A stretch of 32,000 bases of DNA from Ureaplasma parvum serovar 3 str. ATCC 27815 (GTDB lineage: Bacteria; Bacillota_I; Bacilli_A; Mycoplasmatales; Mycoplasmoidaceae): the NCBI RefSeq assembly GCF_000019345.1, contig NC_010503.1, positions 360,001-392,000 of the forward strand, given 5' to 3'. A model generated the notes under the pieces. It ran no database searches, was not told where the DNA came from, and worked only from the letters and a program-made list of their open reading frames with translations. The position numbers and the translations under genes are program-made. Shown one piece after another: positions 22,895 through 32,000 of the stretch. Position 1 is the first letter of the stretch. Each line of letters begins with the position of its first letter.

Positions 22895-23704
22895 ATGAAA
22901 CTAAAAATTGATTTTTTATACGAAAAAGTCTTAACAGAATTATTAACTAAAAAAAACAAAACTAAAAAACGTATTTATGTTTTTTATGATTCAGATTTAG
23001 TAAATTTTAATAGTGCATATATTCAATCAAAATTAAAATATGCTAAATTATTTTCTGTTAAACTTATTATTTATGATTTAAATGCATACCAAATTCAAGA
23101 AAATCATCATTTTTTATCAAAACTTAAACAAGCAAATAAGGATTTTTTGTTTTTTGAATTCCCTTTGTCAAAAAAACATTTGGATCAAAATTATTTTCAA
23201 TATTTAACTTTTCAAAATGATCTCGATGGAATTAATTCACATTTGTTTTTAAATAAAAAACAAGAAAATCAAATTATTTACCATCCAGCAACAATTAATG
23301 CAATTTTAACATTAATTAAAGAATTAGATGTAAATTTAAATGACTATCGAATTTGCATTATTGGTCGTTCACCCTATTTAGGGGATTATTTATATAAGTT
23401 ATTAAATCCTAAAAATAATAAAATTAATATTATTCATTCACAAACTAAAAATCCATTAAGAATTATTAAAGAATCTAATTTTATTATTAGCTGTGTGAAT
23501 AAAGCACACATTTTTAATTCTAATGCATTAAGTGATAATTCTTATTTAATTGATGTTACTACAGAATACATCAATAATAAGTTATGTGGTTCTTTTTTAA
23601 TTAATAAAAATGATGCATTAAATCGAAACATTAAATACACTCCTGTACCAGGTGGAATCGGTAAATTAACGACGTTATTTTTATTTTTGAATTATTTTAA
23701 ATAA
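22895..23704 (+). CDS. folD: FolD: methylenetetrahydrofolate dehydrogenase/cyclohydrolase, divergent (269 aa)
   Basis: SAYIQSKLKYAK (YxxxK), NDLDGIN, CIIGRSPYLGDYLYKLL, CVNKAH, TPVPGGIGKLTTLFL. Confidence 0.85.
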   Translation: MKLKIDFLYEKVLTELLTKKNKTKKRIYVFYDSDLVNFNSAYIQSKLKYAKLFSVKLIIYDLNAYQIQENHHFLSKLKQANKDFLFFEFPLSKKHLDQNYFQYLTFQNDLDGINSHLFLNKKQENQIIYHPATINAILTLIKELDVNLNDYRICIIGRSPYLGDYLYKLLNPKNNKINIIHSQTKNPLRIIKESNFIISCVNKAHIFNSNALSDNSYLIDVTTEYINNKLCGSFLINKNDALNRNIKYTPVPGGIGKLTTLFLFLNYFK

Positions 23705-23780
23705 GTGTTACTTATCAGCCATATTTTTTTGTAGTATTATATAATAATATAAATAATCAAATAAGAAAATAGTATTTATT

Positions 23781-25667
23781 ATGATTGACAAGCAAAAAAT
23801 TAAACAACTAATCCAAAATCCTGTTTATGGATTTTTTGATGAATTTAAAAAAAATTTAAACAGCGATCTTGATCATGTAATTTTAGAACAATTAAAAGAT
23901 CAAGATAATAATATTGATAAAATTAATCATTTAGTAACCGATATTAATAATTTAAAAAATGATATTAAACAACGCAAAAAAGATGAAAAAATTAAACAAC
24001 GGACTTTTTGTAATATTCTAATCGCAGTTTGTTTTGTTATTATTATTGGTTTGTTTTTTTTACATTTTTATTTGAAAAATTCCAAATTTATTAAAAATTT
24101 TAAAAAGTATGAAATTGAAAAAAATAATCAAATTAATATATGTAACAGCCAAAAAAATAAATATATTTATAATGTTTTATCACAAATTAATTCTTATAAA
24201 ATTTCGCAAGAAATTTTTGCTAAGAATGGTTTATATTTAATGCCAGAAATTCAATATGAAAATATTAAACAAACCGATTTATTAATTTCACGAAACGCAA
24301 AATTTGTTGGATTTTTTGGTGGTTTAGAAGTTAAATTTAAAAGTACGGATACTTTTTTAGTGTATTATAAGGAATTTTCAATTAAAGATGTTGTAACAAG
24401 TGGTTGTATTCAAATTTCTTATCGAAAAGGAGATCAAATGGTTAGTGAAACGATCGTTGCTCATCATAAGGAACCAACACCGTTTGTTGATCTTCACAGT
24501 AATTTTGTTCATAAAACTAATTACTCTCCAAACTTTAACTTTTCAACGTACGCTCAAACTGTTAATTCTCGTTCAAAAACAATTTTTTCTAATTTAGAAT
24601 TTTCTAAGTATTATGGCTTAGGAATTGCTACTCAAAATTTAGAATTTGATACAAAAATGCTAGAATTTTTTACGCCTTTTAGTCAAGAAAACTATGAAAA
24701 TTTTGCTAAATATTTAAAACAAGATGATATCACAGTTCCTATGTTTACAAAAACTGCGACATCCCTTATTATTGATGATCAATTATTAAAAGATAATAGA
24801 AAACCATTCTTTATAAATTTATTAACAAATAATAGTTATGTAAAAACTTGTGATTTTCTAATTGATACAGATATTAATGCGGACCTACAAACGAATTTAA
24901 ATATTTTAAAATATGAATTAGTAAAATTATTTGAAAAATATATTTTATATTTAACTACAACAAGTTTATCAAGTGTAATTGCCCGAGAATGATATATTAA
25001 TAATGATACTTATAAAATTGGTGATAATTACGATTATGAAAGTTATTATTATACTAATCAAAATCAATTAACTCCACTATCAGTTTCGACAAAACTTTTT
25101 TTAAAAAACCAAATAGCTTTTGTTAATGATTGTGAAGTAATTCCTTTTGCTGAACTAGTTAATAATCAAACACGATTCGGCATTAATAAAGCACAGTTTA
25201 ATATTAAAAGTTATCATGTTTATAATCGTGTAGATAATGTACCAGTATATGCGCATGGCAGAACACACATTGTTCCTGTACAATACAAAGAGTACATCGA
25301 ATATGAATATCCATTTATTTGTTTATATGTTTTAAAATATAAACAGTTAACAGAAGAAATAGGTTTAAAATATTTTACACGCCCATTTAATAATATTTTA
25401 TTAACAAATTTTGAAGATCATAGTGCTTGTTCTATTGATGAAATTCTTGATTTTAATGATAATGAATCCAAAAATAATAGCGATAATGATTTTAAAATTT
25501 ATTTAAAAGAATTAGATACAATCGTCACAAATGCGAATTTAAATAAAAATGAATTTAGCTTCTTAAAAGACAATGATGGTTATTTCATTACGATAAGTAA
25601 TAAAATAGAATTAGACGAAGAAACTGAACAAGAATTATCAACTTGATTAAGAAAAGTAAGCTTATAG
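23781..25667 (+). CDS. hypothetical membrane-anchored protein (628 aa)
   Basis: Continuous frame from ATG 23781 through one TGA=Trp region to TAG 25665-25667; one clear TM helix NILIAVCFVIIIGLFFLHFYL near residue 75, long soluble C-terminal part. Confidence 0.75.
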
Positions 25668-25679
25668 AAAACAAAAATA

Positions 25680-25723
25680 AAAAATAATTTGCATTAAAAA
25701 TTAAACTCAATCAAATTATTTTT
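25680..25723 (+). terminator. possible weak terminator between the 628-aa gene and dnaK
   Basis: AAAAATAATTTG ... CAAATTATTTTT, 12-bp AT-rich stem with 20-nt loop. Confidence 0.35.
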
Positions 25724-25750
25724 AACAAACGAAAATTTATTTTTATAAAA

Positions 25751-25777
25751 TTAGCACTCAATATTGACAAGTGCCAA
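25751..25777 (+). promoter_or_regulatory. CIRCE-like element (HrcA operator) upstream of dnaK
   Basis: TTAGCACTC-aatattgac-AAGTGCCAA; the left arm matches the consensus TTAGCACTC exactly, the right arm matches 7 of 9 of GAGTGCTAA, spacer is 9 nt. Confidence 0.88.
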
Positions 25778-25792
25778 AAAATAATGTATAAT
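25764..25792 (+). promoter_or_regulatory. consensus vegetative promoter of dnaK
   Basis: TTGACA (25764-25769), 17-nt spacer, TATAAT (25787-25792); the -35 box lies inside the CIRCE element. Confidence 0.85.
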
Positions 25793-25824
25793 ATCTTATA
25801 CTTTCAAATATGGTATATGTTTAA

Positions 25825-27654
<1,830 letters not shown>

Positions 27655-27664
27655 TTAATTTTAA

Positions 27665-27696
27665 TAACCAATGGTTTAAATACCATTGGTTATTGT
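27665..27696 (+). terminator. hairpin after dnaK (weak T-tract)
   Basis: AATAACCAATGGT-ttaaat-ACCATTGGTTATT, 13-bp stem. Confidence 0.6.
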
Positions 27697-27765
27697 TATA
27701 TAATAATGTATAAGTTAATATTTAATTTATGTATATATATTAAAAATAAAGGAAAATTTGAGTAT

Positions 27766-28872
27766 ATGGTAGAAAATAAATTTTTAAAGCAAATTAAAGA
27801 GGGAGAGCAAATTAAAATTGAAATTAAAGGTTTGGATAAATTTAATAATTTTGACGAACAAAATTATGGTTTAAATAATATTTCACCTCAAATTCGTTGA
27901 TCACCAGTACTTGAAACAGCAAGTTATGCGGTTGCAATTATTGATTATGAAGCAGTAGGAGGCGCTCCATTTGTGCATTGATATGCCTTAAACATTTTTG
28001 AACCCGAATTAGCATTAAATGTTGCAAATCTTGGTTATGCTAATTTATATCAAGGTGAAAATTCAACTTCAAAACATTTTTCACATTCAATATTAGATGC
28101 AAATTATCAAACTGATATAGCAAATAATTATTTCCCTCCTTGCCCGCCAAATAAATCACATAAATATGAAATTAAAGTTTATGCAGTGCATCATAAGCTA
28201 TCAACAAACCGAAACAATATTTTATATTTAGACGATTTTGAAGCGAAATTAAATGAAGCAAAAATTATTGCCACAGGTTCTACTTATGTTTGTGCTCCAC
28301 AGATTAGTTTTGAAGATGATAAATTAATTATTGGTTCATTAGAGCATAAACATCCTTATTTGTTTGCTAATTGTGAAAATGAATATCATGTAATAGAAGA
28401 TGTAATTGTTACAGATATTAATAAGAATATTTATAGTGAAAATCAACTAGATAATTTTAAAGATCTAGAACAAGCAAAAATTAAAATTATTGATTCTAGT
28501 GATGCTTTATCGTATGCAGTTATAATTACTTCAAATCATCTATTTAAAAAATTTGGTCGTCCAGTTGTTAATTATGCACACGTTATCGAGAAAAAAACTA
28601 ATAAACGAATTAAGTTCAATAATTCCTACAAATTAAATCATGCCTTTAGCGAAATTAGTCCTTCAAAATATGATCATTTAGGTAATGAATTATTGATTTT
28701 AGAAGATAAAGATGCTAATTTTGAAAGTGGACTATTCACAATTCATGTGTTTGGATTAAATAAAAAAATTAAGTATTTAAATAAGATTGATAGTGTTGCA
28801 AATTCAATTAGTGATTTATTTGAAATGATTAGCGGTAGTGTTATTTCTTATAAAGCGAAGTTATTTAAGTAA
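27766..28872 (+). CDS. PEBP / YbhB-YbcL family protein, apparently with two PEBP-like halves (368 aa)
   Basis: Joins track ORFs 27706 and 28186: ISPQIRWSPVLETASYAVAIIDYEAVGGAPFVHWYALNI ... YFPPCPPNKSHKYEIKVYAVHHKL is the PEBP signature; RBS AAAGGA precedes ATG 27766. Confidence 0.8.
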
Positions 28873-28908
28873 TATTTTTAAAAGAATAATGAAATATTAA
28901 ATTATTTA

Positions 28909-29484
28909 ATGATAGATCGTAAACAAATTCATGTTAAAACTAGATTAACAATTAATGAGTTAAATAAGTTTTATACTTTAATTAGAGTCCAAAAACAAAG
29001 CTTAAAAGAGATTGAAGATAAAATCAAAAAACTTGATTGAATTAACTTTAGTGAGATTAAAAATCAAAATTTATTTGATGAATTTAAATTTGATTATAAA
29101 AATATGACACCATATGTTATTTCACAAGTTCAAGATCTGGTTAGTGTTTATGATGTAAGACAAATTAGTGAAATAATTCTTGAATTAAATCAAGTTAATA
29201 TTCAAATTCAAACTAAAGATAGTGAGTTTTATATTAAAAATAATAAAAAATTAAGTTTAATTAGTAGTGAATTTGAAGATTATCAATTAAAAAATTATGA
29301 TGCATATGAACATTTTAAAATTACAATGGATGAACCTAAAATTCATACTTTAAATCATCAAATGCCATTTGATTCAAAATTAAACATCAAAACCATCATT
29401 TTTATAGTTTTAACTTCTTGTTTATTATGTTTATTAATCGTCATAATTATATGTGCATTATTAATTGCAGGAGTTATTAATTAA
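28909..29484 (+). CDS. hypothetical protein with C-terminal TM helix (191 aa)
   Basis: Frame from ATG 28909 through TGA=Trp, including track ORF 29104; C-terminus [33 protein letters not shown]; stop overlaps the cmk start by 1 nt. Confidence 0.65.
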
Positions 29485-30158
29485 TGAAAAAATATATCAG
29501 TATCGCTATTGATGGACCTTCAGGTTCTGGAAAAAGTACAGCAGCAAAAGAATTAGCCAAGAAATTGGGATTTTTATATATTAACACTGGTTTAATGTAT
29601 CGTGCTTATGCTTATTTTTTATCTATTAATAAATTAGATATTAATGTTAACGAAATGGATTGTATTAATGCCATTAAAAATGCTAATTTTATTTTTAATG
29701 GTGATAATGTGAAAATTAATGACAACGATGTTAGTCTTATCTTAAGAAGTAATGATGTGGCAATGATTGCTAGTGTTGTATCTGCTAATGAAAAAATTCG
29801 AGATTTAGCAACTAATGAACAACGCAGAATTGCTAGTGAAAACAACGTTGTTATGGATGGGCGCGATATTGGAAGTATTGTTTTAACTAATGCTGATCTT
29901 AAATTTTATTTAAATACGAGCATTCAAACACGCGCTAAACGACGTTTGTTTCAGAATAAAGATATTGAAAATTTGGATTATGAATCAATATATAACGATA
30001 TTAAAGAACGTGATCATCGTGATATGACTCGCAAAATTGCTCCACTTAAAAAAGCAAACGATGCTGTTGAAATTTTTAACGATAACATGAAATTAGATGA
30101 ATGTGTACAACATTTGTATGAAATTTATTTAAAAAAAATAAAAAAGCTAAATTTTTAA
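29484..30158 (+). CDS. cmk: (d)CMP kinase (224 aa)
   Basis: [41 protein letters not shown]..., [14 protein letters not shown]. Confidence 0.96.
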
Positions 30159-30234
30159 TAAAAAAATAACAAACAAAATTAAAACTTTCATTTTTCTATA
30201 AATCTCATAATTTATTAATGAGGTGTATATATTT

Positions 30235-30522
30235 ATGAATTTTGATATTAATTTAATTAATGAAAATGATTATGTTTTTAGTGGATACATTATTTTAAAA
30301 AAACACAATGAAGAAATTATCGAATTACTAACTTATTTAGGCGATGATCCTATTAATGATGAAGCCAAAATCATAACTTTATATAATAATGATCATATTG
30401 ATCTAAAAAATCTTAATGATGGAGATTTAATTATTGTAAAAGCAAGTTTAATTATAAATAATAAAAATAACAAACAATTATTGCTTAAAGATATTAATAA
30501 ACTAGAGTTAAGTATTAACTAA
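30235..30522 (+). CDS. hypothetical protein (95 aa)
   Basis: ATG 30235 preceded by GAGGTG; MNFDINLINENDYVFSGYIILKKHNEEI.... Confidence 0.55.
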   Translation: MNFDINLINENDYVFSGYIILKKHNEEIIELLTYLGDDPINDEAKIITLYNNDHIDLKNLNDGDLIIVKASLIINNKNNKQLLLKDINKLELSIN

Positions 30523-30573
30523 TTATTTTCAAATAATTAGTTAATCATATTTATAATAATTAATGGTGGTATA

Positions 30574-31368
30574 ATGAATTTTTTAAAAACCTTACTGTGA
30601 TTTGTTGCATATCCTTTTGTAGCATTATACATAATAATTCAAATGATTTTAGCGGCTATGATGGCAAATAAATATAAAAATGATCCAGAGTCTGTTAGCG
30701 TTAATGAGCGCTATAAAAAAATAATGGGTATTATTGATGCTATTTTATATTTAAAAAATATTAAAGTAGATTTGATTGGTAAAGAAAATGTTAGTATAAA
30801 AAGCATGTTATACATAGGTAATCACAAATCTAATGGTGATCCAATTGTTTTATTAAAGGCTCTTTATCAAATTAGCCCTCATAATGTGCGTTTTGTTGCT
30901 AAAATTGAATTAAAAAAATCATTTTTAAAATTTTTATTTAATTTAATTGATGTAATTTACATTGACCGTAATAATTTAAGACAATCAATTTCAACAATTA
31001 ATGAACAAGTTAATGCTTTAAAACAAGATTATCGTGGATTAGTTATTTTTCCAGAAGGAACACGAAATTTTAATCATGAATTTAATGAGTTTAAATCAGG
31101 CGCTTTAACAGCTGCTTATAATACATTATCTTCGATTCAACCTTTTGTGATTTTTAACTCACAAGGTTCGTTTGAAATGAAAAACGATCAAAAGCAAAAG
31201 TTAAGATCAAATCCTTTTAAAACCCAACATATTAAAGTTAGTTTTTTAGAACCAATTCATTCTTTTAATTACATTAATATTAATAAAGATATTTTAATGC
31301 GTAAGATTCAATCAAACATTAAAAAAAATTATGATGAATTGTTAAAATCAACAATTAAAACAAATTAA
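30574..31368 (+). CDS. plsC: 1-acyl-sn-glycerol-3-phosphate acyltransferase (264 aa)
   Basis: Track ORF 30643 extends upstream through TGA=Trp to MNFLKTLLWFVAYPF...; YIGNHKSNGDP (HX4D) and VIFPEGTRN motifs. Confidence 0.88.
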
Positions 31369-31508
31369 TTTTCATTAACAGTAAATACTTTAAATAAATT
31401 AAAAAAAGTTTATTGAATTTATTGTTTTTTTATACTAAAAGTATTTTTAAAACTAATTTTTTTTATAATTAATTTATAAGTTTAATATAATAATTTTTGG
31501 TGAATAGA

Positions 31509-32000
31509 ATGAGTGAAAAGCAAATCCAAAATAGTTTATTTGAATATAAGTTTATTGATTTTAACGGTCCATTAGATACATTGTGTGTTTTAATTAAACA
31601 AAAACGTTTAGATATTAATAATTTAGATATTTTAGAGTTGTCAAAACAATATGTTAATTTTGTAAATCAATTAATTAAAACGATCGATATTGATATTTTA
31701 GGTGACCATTTAGCAATGGCTTCTTATTTACTAGAACTTAAGACTCGAATGTTGATGCCAACTGTTGATGAAAAACAAATTATGAGTATTGAAGAAGATC
31801 GCCAAAATTTAATTGATCGTTTAATTGAATACAATGGTTATAAAAATTTAAGCGAACATTTAAAACAACGTTTTGAATTTAGAGCAACTATGATGGATTT
31901 ACCACAACAAGATTATGAGCAATTTTATTTAAAAGATGCAATTTATAAGCCTTTGCCAAATCATTTAGACTCCATGATCTTAAAAAATATTATGGATAAA
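31509..32000 (+). CDS. scpA: segregation and condensation protein A (partial, continues past the window)
   Basis: MSEKQIQNSLFEYKFIDFNGPLDTLCVLIKQKRLDINNLDILELSKQYVNFVNQ...MASYLLELKTRMLMP: the ScpA N-terminal signature. Confidence 0.9.
   Translation, partial: MSEKQIQNSLFEYKFIDFNGPLDTLCVLIKQKRLDINNLDILELSKQYVNFVNQLIKTIDIDILGDHLAMASYLLELKTRMLMPTVDEKQIMSIEEDRQNLIDRLIEYNGYKNLSEHLKQRFEFRATMMDLPQQDYEQFYLKDAIYKPLPNHLDSMILKNIMDK

Noticed and set aside
24400-24597. Plus-strand ORF of 65 aa
   Set aside because: Out of frame inside the 628-aa gene.
29612-29845. Minus-strand ORF of 77 aa
   Set aside because: Antisense to cmk.

Overview
The window is low-GC DNA from a Mollicute that reads UGA as Trp (translation table 4). 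Evidence is in-frame TGA inside infB, dnaK, rbfA, holA, udk and others; gene content and divergence look like the Ureaplasma/pneumoniae side of the Mollicutes, but the species was not determined. The supplied ORF track stops at TGA, so most real genes appear there in pieces or are missing. I rejoined them by hand. Main content: (1) 3' part of a giant FtsX-type ABC permease; (2) the conserved nusA-ylxR-infB-rbfA cluster plus a small membrane protein, ending at a strong hairpin; (3) a minus-strand block with a YgjP-like HELAH protein, lepA and a LemA-family protein; (4) plus-strand hypothetical, TrmH/SpoU methyltransferase, holA, a membrane protein and an ECF S-component-like gene; (5) a decayed gene, then udk and a small untracked ORF on the minus strand; (6) rpmF, two acidic coiled-coil-like proteins, folD, a 628-aa anchored protein; (7) dnaK behind a CIRCE-like repeat overlapping a consensus promoter; (8) a PEBP-family protein that seems to contain two PEBP-like halves, a TM protein, cmk, a hypothetical, plsC and partial scpA. 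I found no tRNA/rRNA, CRISPR array, transposase or prophage. Nothing here is convincing evidence of a new multi-gene defence or mobile system. The best second looks are the duplicated PEBP-like protein, the CIRCE/promoter overlap, the nusA leader hairpin, the decayed gene near 17.1-17.8 kb, and the lineage-specific coiled-coil pair. All coordinates and translations were derived by hand.
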